Assembly (NCBI RefSeq): GCF_001447785.1
Contig: NW_015170276.1
Span: 79,280-143,279, forward strand
Length of the DNA stretch: 64,000 nucleotides
Source: Gekko japonicus
Taxonomy: Eukaryota
Reading direction: 5' to 3'
Below, piece after piece: positions 11,806-25,008 of the stretch. The notes below the pieces were generated by a model. The model was not told the DNA's origin and ran no database searches. It saw nothing but the letters and a program-made list of their open reading frames with translations. A program made the translations under genes and the position numbers. Numbering within the stretch: position 1 is the first letter of the stretch; each line of letters starts with the position of its first letter.

Positions 11806-13040
11806 TAAGAATGTAAGAATATACAAAGAGCCCTGCTGGATCAGACTAGTGGTCCATCTAATCCAATACCCTGTCTCACCCAGTGGCCAACCAGTTACCC
11901 GGAAGGACCAAGAAACAGGTAATAGAGGCCTAGGCCTTCCCTTGATATTGCCTCCTGACATTGGGATTCAGAGGTTTACTGCCTCTGAACATGGAAGTTC
12001 ATTTTAGCCACTGTGGCTATTAGCCACTGATAGACCTATCCTCCATGAATCTGTCTAATCACCTTTTAAAGCAATCCATATGTGTGGCCATCACTACATC
12101 CTTTGGCAGCAAATTCCATATTTTAATCCCTCGTTGTGTTCCCTCTAAGCTGAATTAGTGTGAGTTAGGTCACAGTTTTTGAGCCTCCAGCTCACACATT
12201 GTTGTCTTAGCTCAGAAAGGATGGCTCCAAAGAAAACTAATTTATGCAGTAGCCAAATCGCTCACTCACAACTTTAATGCCAGTAGCTCACAAAGTTGAA
12301 TTTTTGCTCACAAGACTCCACAGCTTAGAGGGAGCATTGTTCTTCATCGAAAGAAGCGGGGTTTTTTGTCCATCCTGAATCTATTGCTCCTCAACTTAAT
12401 TCAATGTCCTTGAGTTCTAGTATTTTGGGAGATAAAAAATTCCCTCTTCTCACTCAACCCCATGCATAATTTTATAAACTGCTATCATGTCCCCCCTTAG
12501 TCATGTTTTTCCTGAAATGAAATGTCCCAGACTCTTCAGCCTTTCCTCACAGGAAAGGAGTTCCAACCCCTTAATCATCTTGGTTGCCCCCTTCTGTATT
12601 TTTCCCCCAGCTCTGCAATATCTTTTTTGAGATATGGTGACCAGAACTGCACACAGTATTCCAAATGAGACCTCACCATGGATCTTTACAGGGGCATTAT
12701 AATATTGGCTGTTTATTTTTAGTCCTGTTCCTAATAATCCCCAGTATAAAGCTTGCCTTTTTCACTGCAGCAGCACACTGGGCTGACATTTTTATTGAGC
12801 TAGCCACTATGACTGCAAGGTCTCGTTCCCTCTTGGTCTCAGCAGGTTCAGACCCCATGAACATATACTAGAAGATAGGATTTTTTTTTGTTCAAATCTG
12901 CACCTCCTTACACTTACCTACACTTTACTTCATTTGCCACGTTGTCGCCCACTCACACAATTTGTGGAGATCCTCCTGGAGCTCTTCACAGTTGGCCTTG
13001 ATTTTCACCATCCTGAATAAGTTTGTGTCATCTGCTCTGC
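11806..13040 (-). mobile_element. CR1 LINE 3' fragment
   Basis: Typical CR1 RT/3' segments (ccagaactgcacacagtattccaa; ataagaa...gccctgctggatcagac). Confidence 0.85.
12135..12339. mobile_element. hAT MITE nested in CR1
   Basis: TIR tgttccctctaagctg ... cagcttagagggagca; same family as 36606-36811. Confidence 0.8.
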
Positions 13041-13804
13041 AAACAACACTGCTTACCCCCAGCCTTAGTTCACACCTTTCTGAACTGTGTAATAAGGTCC
13101 ATATTATGTTGTATATCCATGTTTTACAATGTGGAGCAAGTATTTAAAAAGACATTTATAAAAAGGTGCATAAGAACAATTATAACAAGGACCTGCCAAA
13201 TGATTGCATAAGGGAACCATTATGACTGGCCATAACCTAGTTGCATGGAATAAAGAACCATGTGGGTGTATTAACTTGCCTACAGGGATCAAACTGCAGT
13301 ACTGGGCTATTAGAAGAACTTGTTAAAATGTTCTGACTCAAAATGGGGTGGCAGAAGGATGGAAATACGAAGGTTACAGCAATAAAGTTGATATAGTCAA
13401 TGCTGGCATTAGTATCTTGTTTGGTAATTTACAAGTACGTTAAGTCTAAAAAAATCTCTTGCATTCAGAGCAGGATTAAATATTCAATATACTCTCTTGG
13501 ATGACATGTATTTTGAACGGGCAAGCCAAAAGAACTGCACAAATGTAAACAATCCAAAAATTGTGTTAAAAAGATACTTTCACTCTTAGAGCCCCAAAGT
13601 TAAAAATATATAGCTTGCTTCCCCACAGTGACGAATCTCCTTAGAGCAGTCATTGCCTCTGCAAATGCAGAGAGGCATTAGCAGCAGTAACCAAACGTCC
13701 TATGTGGTAGTTTTTCACACAGTTTCCTTTCCACAGCCCCCCATGGCTTCCTTCCTAAACCACCAGAGTACTACAGCAAGATTTTTAAAAAAGAAATTCT
13801 TAAT

Positions 13805-14022
13805 TGCCAACCTAGCAGTTTGAAAGCAAGAAATTGCAAGTAGATAAATAGGTACCACTTCGGTGGAAAGGTAACAGAGTTCCGTGCGCCTTGGTGTTTA
13901 GTCATGCCGGCCACATGACCATGGAAATGTCTTCGGACAGCGCTGGCTTTGAAACGGAGATGAGCACCGCAACCCTAGAGTCGGATTTGACTGGCTTTCG
14001 AGCAAGGGAACCTTTACCTTTA
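13805..14022 (+). mobile_element. Sauria SINE, 3' part
   Basis: tgccaacctagcagtttgaaagc...aataggtacc...acctttaccttt; nearly identical to 60182-60412. Confidence 0.9.
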
Positions 14023-14859
14023 ATGTCACTATAGCGTTATAACACTAGAATCATATAGAAATTACCATTTCACCCCAAAAGTCATCCATTGGCATGGGGG
14101 GATGTTGGCTATAGGGAGGAAGCAAGGCAAAGGACACAGCTATGGATGGGACCTGCAAAAAATGTGCACTTTCCTGCTCATGCAGCATGCAAACAAGCTT
14201 TGACTGTGATCTTTCCCAAAAGATAATATAAAATCACGTTTTGGAAAGATCAGAGCAAAATGGGGGGGGGGAACCTGCTGGAAAACTGAGGAGTACTGGG
14301 GACAGTGTCATGTGGATGCAGGGCTGCCAGCCCCCCGGTGGAGGGAGGGATCCCCTGTTCCAAGCCCCTATTTCTCACTGCCACTTCCAGTGGTGGAAGA
14401 AGGAAATAATAATAATTTTAAAAAGCTGTCTGCTTATAGGCCTCAGCCCTGTCTAGAAATTTCTGGAAACTTTATAGATTTACCATAGATTCTCCAGCAA
14501 TTCCTAGAAAGGCATAATGTCACTCTGAGGTTTTCCCTGGAAGTGATATCATACCATTGCTTACAGCCACCCCCTCATGTCCTCCCCAGTCTCCTGCTAA
14601 TTGCCAAGCCCTACCTGGCAACCCTATGTGGATGCTTGATAAAAAAAACCCTCCTGTATTGAGCATGTTCTTCTGTACTGTGATTATTATGTTGGCATTC
14701 ATTCTAAGTAGTTTAGACCAGTTGTTAAAGGATTTAATAGGCCAGTCCGATAATTATAAGTCCTTTTTTCTTCTTTCCTCAAAAAATGCTGTAACTGTTG
14801 AAATAGTGGCAACTTTTTTGTATCTGGCTTCTCAAAAGTGAGATTTGTGTTAACTGTAT

Positions 14860-15403
14860 TCACACGGAGCATTTGCTGCACTGAAGGCACGATCGTCCCA
14901 CAGATTTTCCGAGCGCGATCACACTGAAACATCTGGGAGGCGTAGCGCACCCGTGGATAACCCGTGGCTTCTTGCCAAAGATATGGAGTAAAAAACTACC
15001 ACATACGAGGTACTAGTTTCTGGAAAACGCGGGGCAAGGGCGGGCGTCTGATCACATTTCAGCTTGAATCCCGTGGCACCCAGCACCCGTCCATGCCCCA
15101 TCGCAAACCGGACTGTTGGGTTTTTAAAAATCTCCACAGGATGCGCACAAACAATCATGCACATGCACAACTTTCGGTGAGAAAAAAATTTCCCGTTTGC
15201 CACGGAAGCAGTGGCTAGCGATTGCCGGTGTGATCGTGCTGCGCCGCTTCTTTACCATGCTGCAGGATAGGCGTGTGATTGGTACCTAGCGGCCCAACCA
15301 CGGGACCTTGACAGGACATGTGATCAGGCTGCCACGTGTTACTTTGCTCCGGGGCAAACAGCCACGCTTCCCCCAAAATTTTCTCGCCCGTGTGACCGGG
15401 ACC
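14860..15403. mobile_element. CpG-rich PIF/Harbinger-like MITE
   Basis: Termini tcacacgg ... ccgtgtgaccggg; homologous along its length to 44547-45064. Confidence 0.7.
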
Positions 15404-15557
15404 TGAGTACTTCTTGTGTCTTGTATTCTCCTTAGTGTATAATGCCAATAAAGGTTGGTTTTGGTTGTTGTTAAACAAGTGAAATGATCATTTTTCCATA
15501 GTCAACCTGCCCACCACCACCTGCCACAGTGTATTTTTCTTTCATTCCATATATCTT

Positions 15558-16160
15558 TGTCGGGATTCGTGATGCCTTAACATGGAAATGAAGAACCAGA
15601 CACTCGAGTCAACGTAAGTTCGGAAACAAACACCTCTCGACCTCCTCTCTCTCCCCCCAGGTGTTTCCTTGTTTCCTCTTTTTATTTCCTCACAGTCATT
15701 TATCACAGTGATTTAAACACCCTGTGCTCACATACAATTAGGTTCCTCGATACAGGTGGCCATTTTCCCCTTCTCCCCTCCCCTTGTGGTCACTTGACTA
15801 ATCCGGTGGTACTTAATGTGGCGAGGCTTGCGTTGCACTTCGGAAGAGTCTGCCTCGTCCGGCTCCTTGATAACGTCCCCGGTATCTTCGCAGCTCCATG
15901 GTAATGCTTCCCGGTTCCTGCGCCTGGCACGCCCCCATCTTTCTTCCAGCTCGGCCACAGGGCTGTCTTCGTACCCTAGGAGATGCCCCTTGTTCTGTCT
16001 CGTCTGGGATGTCCCAGGGATTGGCGCGAGACGCGCCAGTCCCGCCGCAGCGGCCGATACGGCCGCGGGAGAACCTGCGGCGGGGGCATCTTCATTAGTA
16101 CCTGGGGGGCTAATTTTCTCGGCATGCTGTCTCTCAACTGCAGTCATGGGGCAGGCCAGA
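15558..16160. mobile_element. Possible solo LTR (Gypsy-like), CpG-rich
   Basis: Starts TGTCGGGATTCGTGATG...AGACAC, resembling squamate LTR ends. No TSD or clean CA end found. Confidence 0.4.
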
Positions 16161-17320
16161 AGGAACAGGATACCACTGGATCCAGTGAGACCTATTTTTC
16201 AGTAACCATGCATGGGTTTGGGTGCAGAAAACTGCTTCTTTTACTATTTGAAACTAGGTTCAACCCCTCACTTTTCTGGCCATGTCAAAGTCAGACTTCT
16301 GAAGCATCTCATGGAAATATATGATGAACTGCAATTAACATTTAAACCTCATGTGAAAAGTCAACAGTCTACAAGCAAAGCATTTATTTGGTTTTTCTCT
16401 CAGAATTGCCATGGAAACCCTTTGTAATGTCTGTTCTCTGATTAGCAACATACTATCTACTCCATATACAGATAAAACAAATAACATTCAGCCCCTTCCT
16501 TGAAGAAGTGAATTTTTGCTTACATGCTGCAGCATCTGAGCACTACACTGGCATTTCATTGCCTAAGTTTTTTTTTTTTAATATCTATACAGCAGAGATT
16601 GTCTGGAGTTGGCAGCATTATTGATTATGTGATGACACCTGATCCTTGTTATCTGTCATTCCAGGGACAGCAATCTCATCTCTGAACCAATTTCTGGTCA
16701 CAGTGATTGACTGAATGGTTGTTCAACAAACTGAAACTGAATCCAAACAAGATAGAAAAGATACTGGTAGGAGATCTAGATTTTGTTTATCATCGATCAT
16801 TTTAATTCCCTCATCAGATAAGGGGCTCTGGTTCTCTCACTCCATCCAAGATTCTACTGGACATCACACAAGTTCAATATTGTTGGTGATGGGAGAGAAG
16901 AAGATTGGATTGCAGGCTGAGAATACTGAGCCAATGTGAGCATTCATTTTTAGGTCTTGCATGTCTCAAAGAAGTCATCTCTCCATCTGTTCTCCGCCAA
17001 CCCATTAAAATTGACCGGTAGACTGTTGCTTGGTGTTCCACCTTTGAGAAAGGTGAGATATCATCACTTTATCATAATACAGCTTAATGCTGTCATAATA
17101 CAACTTAATGCTATATATTATGCTATATAGTTAATGAAGTGGTTAGACTATCAATCTAGGACCTGGGAGATGACGTTGAAATCTTCACTTGGCCATGGTG
17201 CTTACTGAGCTCTCTTCTGCATTCTCATCTTCCATACTTGTTTGTCCCTATTGCTGTGGGGTTCCCCCCCTTTCCCACACAAGTTTTGCCCCCTGTAGTG
17301 GTTGATTTGATGTTACATCA

Positions 17321-18357
17321 AGATCACAACAAAAAATTGAGTTAAAACCAACATCATTTCAAGCAATTCAGTCAGATAGTCAACACAATATAAAGATTTA
17401 TCCATCAGTTGCATTAACAGTGGATAGTTTTGGTAAGGCCTTTATCACCCACGCAACAAACATTGCCATTTGCATCATTATCCATTTACTGTTTTGGGCA
17501 AGTAGTATAATTAGTCTATCATTATCTACTTTCCCTGGATATTGTAATAAAATACCCCCAAGATACCTTTGGTGTTCTAATGCAAATCTTGGGCAGTAAA
17601 AGACTGCATGGCTTAGATCCTCAACAGAAATCTGATCGCAAGTATAGACACATTCTTTATAGGGGATTGCATTGTAATGGCCTTTTACCATCACCAGTTG
17701 TAAGGTATCCAACCGTGCTTTGGTAAATGCATTCCTATGCTCGGGATTAAGTGAGTCCGTAAGGTAAGATGGTAGAGTTAAAGGAGAAGATGCAAGTTGC
17801 TTGTAAAGGGGAGCTATTCTCAAAATACTTAGCAGAGCAGTGTCCCTTTGAACATTTATATCTAGCCATCTTTGTTGTATTAATTGCTTTTGTAGTGTAT
17901 CAAGTCCGGACAAGTCCAGACATGTCCAGGGACAACCGTGAGCATCACTCCTAGAGACAAAAGACTAAGAGGATCCTAGCCGCTCCAATCAGGGGCTAGG
18001 TTCCTGGTCGAGTAGGCAATGGAACTCTCGGCCACTGTAAATAACCTATTGGGAAGTGGGGTGTGTGTGTGTTTTGGGTGGCAGTTTCTGGGGGAATATA
18101 AGCCGGCCTGCGAGTCGGCCAAAGTGTCTTGCTCCTGACTGAATAAACTACGCTTTGCTGAAATCACTCTCCGTCTGCGTCCTTTTAAGCTTTGCTGCAA
18201 AGAAGTCAAGCCCTCTTAAATAGTCTTCGGAAAATCCGAGCTTGGCCATAGATTCAATATATAATTTACCCACAGATTCTGATGTTGTTGGTATTTTTGG
18301 TGTTAATTGCTAAGGCTGTGAGTTAATGCAATAAAGCTGATGATTGATTGATTGATC
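17321..18357. mobile_element. RTE-X-like LINE 3' region, apparently partly inverted
   Basis: ORF 17398-17913(-) RNAFTKARL...IPYKECVYTC...EDLSHAVFYCP is a LINE C-terminal Cys/His motif. Plus-strand aataaa-(gatt)n tail at 18330-18357. Flanking gat(g/a)ttacatca repeats. Confidence 0.6.
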
Positions 18358-18537
18358 GATATTACATCACTGTATGTCCAGTATAAAGACCTGCAGTTTA
18401 AATTTGCAGGGATATATGACAGACATGCAGCAATGCAAGATCAAATCGACCACTAGAGAGAGCAAAGCACGTACAGAAAAGAACCCCCCCCCCCAAAGCA
18501 ATAGAGATACTCAAGTGAGGAAAATGAGAATGCAGAA

Positions 18538-19683
18538 CAGAAACATTAGTGTTCTGCTGTTGGGCATGAGAAGAGTGGGGAGGGGGCAACGATTCAGCCC
18601 ACGGTGGAAGGAGACCGACACCAGCATAGAGCTGAAAGGTCACAATGCCTGGTCCCCTCCCCTCCCATCACCATGGCTGACCAGTTGACAGAGGAGCAGA
18701 TTGCAGAGTTCAAGGAGGCCTTCTCCCGCTTCGAAAGGATAGTGATGGCACTATCACCACCAAGGAACTTGGCACCGTCATGCACTCTCTGGGGCAGAAC
18801 CCCACAGAGGCTGAATTGCAAGACATGATCAACAAGGAGGATGTTGATGGAAATGGCACCATTGATTTCCCAGAATTCCTCACTGTGATGGCCCCAAAGA
18901 TGAAGGACACAGACAACGAGGAAGAGATCTGCGAGACCTTCTCGGTCTTTGACAAGGATGGCAATGGATATATTAGCACTGCAGAGCTAAGTCACGTCAT
19001 GACCAACCTGGGTGAGAAGCTGACGGATGAGGAAGCTGATGAGATGATCCGAGAAGCTGACATAGATGGGGATGGACAAGCCAATTATGAAGAGTTTGTA
19101 CAGATGATGACTGTCAAATAGGAAGAGTGACTGCCACCCCTCCCCTCCCCTCCACTGTACAGAATGGAAGGACTGCTTACCATTGAGATCTCACCCAGCC
19201 CCTCCCATCTGTGGCACTCACGCTCCATCGACGCTTTAGCGGTTTGTTGCCATTCTTTGCCCTCCCCCCTTCCATTCAGGACTATGTGAACCCTTCTACC
19301 CCCCTGCCCTTCCCTGCCAGGTTTACCTGCTAGCACCCATGGTGGGTGCAGCTGGGACGGGGGAATGCCAGGTGAGGAGGCGTGAAGAAGTGCTAACCCC
19401 TAGCAGTGGGAAGCCTGGAGGGCAGGAGCAGTGGGGGAGTCTTCCTTCCTCATTGGCTCTGGCTTGCACCTGCTTGTTCATCCAAAGGCCGCATCCCAGC
19501 CAGTGCATAATCTTTGCATCCCATGGACTGTCATGTGCGGCTGACTGCAGTTGTTTTCCTGCATATCTTGGGTATATTGTAACATGTCCTCCATTCCCTT
19601 CCTTCCCAGTGGCTTCAGGGAATACTTCTGTTCCATTCCAGCTGGTGTAAGGTTTCTTTCCCCACCTCTCTTTCCCTTTCCCA
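18538..19683 (+). pseudogene. CALM: Processed calmodulin pseudogene (CDS remnant 18673-19121 plus UTRs); parent paralogue not determined
   Basis: Intronless [18 protein letters not shown]...[11 protein letters not shown]. Length is 449 nt versus 450 expected, with a 1-nt deletion after 18734. 17 aa substitutions versus invariant vertebrate CaM. 17-bp TSD aaaatgagaatgcagaa at 18521-18537 and 19684-19700. Confidence 0.95.
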
Positions 19684-20968
19684 AAAATGAGAATGCAGAA
19701 GAGCCCTGAGTCATCTTGGACCAGTTGCTATGTTAGTTTGTTCTTACCCTACAGGGTTGTTGTGGGCCTTAACATTAAATATTTGATCCCTAACTATTAG
19801 CATAAAAGGCTCTGGGCAAAGATCTCATAGTAACCACATATCCCTGTTTCTTCAGCTGCCGTGTTAGCCATCTTACTTGCTTATTCTCTCTTTAGCTCTG
19901 ACCTCTTTTTCCTTTGTAGTTCTATTTCTAGTGCTGTGCGTTTTAAAGCACAGTTCAGTCTCTGAACTCAAAGACGCTTTAAAGCCATGTGGTGGAGGTG
20001 AGGACCCCCAGGATAATCAGGATCTTGGAGAGGTCTGCCTCAACTCCTACAGAATCCTTGTTGCCAAAGAATAGAAGTTAATGATCTTTACACTAATGAT
20101 AATGGCGTATCAGGCACTAAGAGATGAACATTAAAAGTGAAGTGTGTTTAATGTCTTTGTTTGTTCCAATAGAGACATCAAAGAACACCATTAGAGGAGG
20201 AGACTTCAAAAGTTTCCTAGAATAATTAGGTCTCTTGTATATTCATTTTGCTGGTTAGATTTGCCTTTATTACTAAATAGCATAGCTGCTGCCAGCAATA
20301 AGCTTTAGTTGCTGCTGAGCCCAGAAGTGAAGATTTTTCTAGTGGCTAAGAATTAATTGCCATGAAAGTTCACAGTCGAGGGGTGCTTTCTAACGAACCA
20401 GGAAGCTTATATATTTACAGTGCCATCCTGCTCAGCTTTGCTCCTTTAGTTCCTTAAATTAATTCTTGACTTTGGGACACGTCAGTGAGAAAGGGTAAAA
20501 CACAAACATAAAACTTTGCAGTTGAATCCTCCAAGGTCGGTTTCATTTTGTCACCCCAAGAAAGATCCTCCAGTTGCCTCCTGCTACACTGACACTGGCA
20601 CCTGGTCCAAGCCAAGCCAAGCCCCTGTGGCAAAACCTGGGTCCAGCTGGTGACAACGATGGTACAGAAGCCCATTCCTGATTACTTCCATGCTGCCAAT
20701 GGCAGGGAACGAACCAGGGCCCTGGGGTGCATCAGCTCCCCCCTCGTGAGGCTGCCCCAAGCAGTTCCCAGCTCTGGAATCCTCTATCGCACTGTTTGCC
20801 TCTGTTAATTAATATCCTGTTGTGTGCTCCAGTATTATTGCAATATCACCAAGAACAATTGCTGTCTAATACTGCTGCCAGGCATCCCAAGTATTGCCAG
20901 TAGCGATGGGCAAACTCTCTTGAACCAGATCTGGCTTAATATTAACAAGCTTTCTTGGTGAGTATGAG

Positions 20969-21313
20969 CAGGGGTCATTTCATAGAAAAAGAGCTAGGGG
21001 AACTCATTAGCATAACTCATTAGCATATGCCACACCCCCTGACGTCAGGGGCCCGGCGGTGGACCTGCAAGGCCAGCGGGAGTGCGAGGAAGCCCTGCCA
21101 AGGCCCTCCCTGGCCCCAGGCAGGCAGGGGTGGGGAGAGGCGGGGAGGAAGCAACTTACCCTCCCTCTTCTCCTGCCTCCTCCTGGCTGAATGAGGGCTG
21201 GAAGCGGGGCGGCCGGAAGCAGGGGGCGGGGCTTCATCATGGGCCCCGCCCCCTGCACCTCCCCCGGGGGAACTGCGTTCCCCCACGTTCCCCCCCCCCC
21301 GAAATGACCTCTG
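20969..21313. mobile_element. hAT MITE
   Basis: TIR caggggtcatttc ... gaaatgacctctg; 8-bp TSD agtatgag at 20961-20968 and 21314-21321. Confidence 0.85.
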
Positions 21314-22129
21314 AGTATGAGTCAGTTTTGGTATGGTGGTTAGAATGTCAAATTAGGACCTTGAAATCCTGAATTCAAATTCCCACTCAGTCATGAAGCC
21401 CTCTGGGTGACCTTAGGCCTTTCCTTCTCCCTCCACCTAACAGAGTCGCTGTGTAGATAAAATGGAGGGAGACTCATGTCTGCTGCCATTATTATTATTA
21501 TTATTATTATAATACCACCCAATCCCATGAGTGACCTCAGGGTGGTTTACAGCATAAAATCCATAAAACAATAGCAACAATAAAACCAATACAACAGTAG
21601 CTGGCATAATTAATAACAACAAACTCCATGCCTCATATCAGGGGGATATAGGTATGAGCTTCCTGGAAGATGGATGAGATTAACAGACGGTGTTCAGGAA
21701 AAGTTTATCTGTTTCTAAGATTTTGTGTTGTGTTGGTGCATGCATGTGTACTTACAAGTGTTACACATAATTATTATACATCTGTCCTGGGAACTGTACT
21801 TAAACTTTTGCATCCCAAGAACAAGTTTTATATCTGAACAAGAAACAACAAGCACATCAAATATTTGTAAGCAACAATCAACAGTATCAATTGACCCAAG
21901 CAGAAGATTCTCGTCAAACAAAACTCAGCTAGATTGGCTGATTTGTTTCCATAGTTTCCACCAATCAATGAGAGAATCATTAAGAGAAAGCAGTTAGCAT
22001 TAAGGAACTTCTCCACATGATCCGCAAAGCAGCCGATCAGAGAATGCCTCATCAGCTGAACACTGTTCACACATGGTCAGTGTCTTATATAACATTCCAA
22101 GCCAGAGAAGCTGTGGTTAGTATTTGGAC

Positions 22130-22262
22130 GGGAAACCACCAAGGAATTCCAGGGTTGCTATGCAGAGGAAGGCAATGGCAAACCACCTCTGTTAGTCACT
22201 TGCCTGGAAAACCCTGTGAGGTTGCCATAAGTGGGCTGTAACTTTATGGCACTGTACACACA
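22130..22262 (+). mobile_element. RTE/BovB-related SINE tail fragment
   Basis: gaggaaggcaatggcaaaccacctc...gaaaaccc motif followed by a (ca)n tail. Confidence 0.6.
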
Positions 22263-22325
22263 CAAGCCAGGCAAGAGCTTTTCAGAATAAAAACTCTCTG
22301 TTTGTGATACAGCATTGTTAGTAGG

Positions 22326-22730
22326 CAGGGCTATTTTTGGGCAGGAACGCACAGGAACGGAGTTCCAGCTGGCTCCCAAGTTGGCCACGCCCAGCAGGAA
22401 CTCATTATCATAATAGGCCACACCCAACAGCAGAAACTCATTAGGATTGGCTACATTAGGGGTGTGTGGCCTAACATGCAAAGAAGTTCCTGCTACAAAA
22501 AAAGCTCTGGGTTTTGACAACAAACAAGGTAAACAGAATAAGAAGCAAAAGGTTGGTGTGGCTGGATGACCACACTTCTGGTAACATGTGGGTAACAAAT
22601 ATGCTATGCAAATATGCTAATGAGTTGTGCTGTCAGGGGTGTGGCCAATATGCTAATGAGTTCCTGCTATTGGGTGTGGCCTGTTATGCTAATGAGTTCC
22701 TGCTGGGCTTTTTCTACAAAAAAAGCCCTG
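22326..22730. mobile_element. hAT MITE, possibly composite
   Basis: TIR cagggctatttttg ... caaaaaaagccctg; 8-bp TSD ttagtagg at 22318-22325 and 22731-22738; an extra internal right-end copy at ~22508. Confidence 0.8.
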
Positions 22731-23644
22731 TTAGTAGGTAACACACCAGGCAACACTCAGACTAGGACTCCTAACAGTCCAGACCCAGCACCACACAGCC
22801 CATGCCACTGAGCTAGCTGCTGCAGCCTATATAACACAACATTACATCTCCTGAGCTGCATTTCCCGTCTTGATCTGACATCATCTGACAGAGTTCTGGC
22901 TCCGGGAACCAATCATGAAGTCTCAGGCTTTGTAACTACTGGGCTTTCAGGTTACCACGTAGCCAATCGTCTTCAAGTGTTCTGTATCTGGGATTCATGG
23001 AACATGCATTCCACTGAGTTGCAACTACATGGCAGGAAGTTGTGTGACATCAGAATAATTTGACAGGAAGAGAGCCAGTTTTATGACTGCACAAGTATCA
23101 AGGCCAGGAGCAAAATGACTTATTGGAACTTTATCCTACATGCCTTGGATTATGCATTATGGCCTCTTACACTTTGCATTGCTCATTCAGTCTCCTGAGT
23201 CATGACCTTTTCTTGAACCTGCTTCTCACCTCTGGCCCTGTGCCCTGAATTGTACCGTAGGTTCTTCACAGAGCAAGACAATTTTGGATACCAAGTCAGG
23301 TACATACCCAGTTGGGCAACATCACTAACTACAGGCTGTAGTAAATAAATACTTTAGAAAATGTAGTTCAAATTACTTTGAGCAAATCCCAGTTCATGAT
23401 GGAATGAAGAAACCTATAAGATTACATTCAAGTTAGTTTCTGATTTATTTTCCTGCATAATTCTTCATCACAGAGGTATTGGAACAGATCTACAGTGTAA
23501 AGCATGCCACATTTCTGTTGAAACCATCTGTGGAGAAATGCCCTTCACCCAAGAGTTCACCCCAATAATACAGCCATTGGGACTGTGCTTAGTTCATGAG
23601 CTGGGACCTGGCTGAAAATTCCTAGCTGGAGGAGAAAGAGAAAG

Positions 23645-23918
23645 AAAAAAAGAGGAAGAAATTGGATTTATATCACACTATTCACTTGGAGTCTCAGAGC
23701 AGTTTACAATCTCCTTCCCTTCCTCTCCCCAAAACAGACACTCTGTGAGGTAGGTGGGGCTGAGAGAGCTCTTTCAAGGACTGCTCTTGAGAGGACAGCT
23801 CTGAGAGAACTGTGACTGACTTAAGGTCACCCAGCAGCTGCATGTGGAGGAGTGGGGAATCAAACCCAGGTCTCCCAGATTACAGTTCACGCTCCTAACC
23901 ACTACACCAAACTGGCTC
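23645..23918 (-). mobile_element. tRNA-derived SINE (Squam3-like)
   Basis: Reverse complement of the 5016-5272 family. Confidence 0.85.
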
Positions 23919-25008
23919 TCCAAAGTGGGTAAGTCATCTTTCTGCCAAGCACAAAGCACTCCAGAGCTTAGTTTTGCAAATGGATCTGGCTAAAATAAGA
24001 ATATCTCACACCTTGCTGGCATGTCACACCCAAAAGAACAGAGACTAGGGCAGCCAAAAGTCTAGACAGTAATTTCTTCCTCTTGATTCAGAAAGACCAA
24101 AATGACTCTAGAGGGGGGTGTATTCTTAAAGAAGAATTATAAAATTCTCAGGAGATAAGAAGCTCTCATGTTCATCTTTCTTGGGTGGGCACAAGTGATG
24201 AAGGACTAAGTTTTACATAGGGACTCCATCTTGACCACATGTCAAGGTACAATGGGATAAATCCCAACTCTAAGACCAAAGGTTATGTTTTACTTTTAAA
24301 TGTAGCAATTTACAGGAGTTACTAGCCTATCCTAATTAAACATTGTTTAGAATAAGTATAGAGTGTATGGTAAAACAGTCATTTTTTGCCTTTTCTTTGT
24401 ATCCTTGCTCAGCCTGATATTTGAACAGACCATGTGTACTCTTTTTATTTTTGTTTATTAACCATTCTTTTATTTTGAATGCTGAAAGCCTGATCTATGT
24501 AAACACACCATGCTTATTTGGTTTTGCTATCCAAAGAGCAGTAAAGTGGAAGGACAGTGAGTGAATTTGCCACCTCTTAAGCACGATAGCTGGAAATTAT
24601 GAAGGTGTGATTGATCTCTCTGTGCTAGGTAGTATGAGTGAAGCACGAGGTACAACAGCTAGGTAGATCCTTTAGATGTCAGCACAGATACAGAGTGCTA
24701 GATGTACAAATCCATCTAGCAGGGGCTACTCACTCAGATTCATTGATGGTGGCAGTTACTACATAGAGAGGTTTGGAGTAAGGGAAAGGGGTGACATTGC
24801 TGAGCAGAGACTTGGGATGACTGCAGGGTTTTTCTGGCTTCTTGTGTCCCAAGGGAACTGGGCTTGTGAATCTATTCCTTCACACCATGAAACCCCTGTT
24901 CCTTATAAAAATGAGATTATTTATCCTATTACCATGAAGTTTAGTATAAAATTGCTTCAGGAGAACAAGCTTAGCAAATTTAAGGTATATTGAATTAAAA
25001 ATGTCTTA

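Noticed and set aside
15728-16205. 139-aa and 129-aa ORFs as host coding exons
   Set aside because: No recognisable domain, and ORFs in several frames are expected in GC-rich sequence.
18780-19121. 113-aa ORF as a functional N-truncated calmodulin or CALML gene
   Set aside because: The upstream CaM codons are present but frameshifted, the replacements are scattered and include CpG-type changes, and the TSD marks it as a retrocopy.
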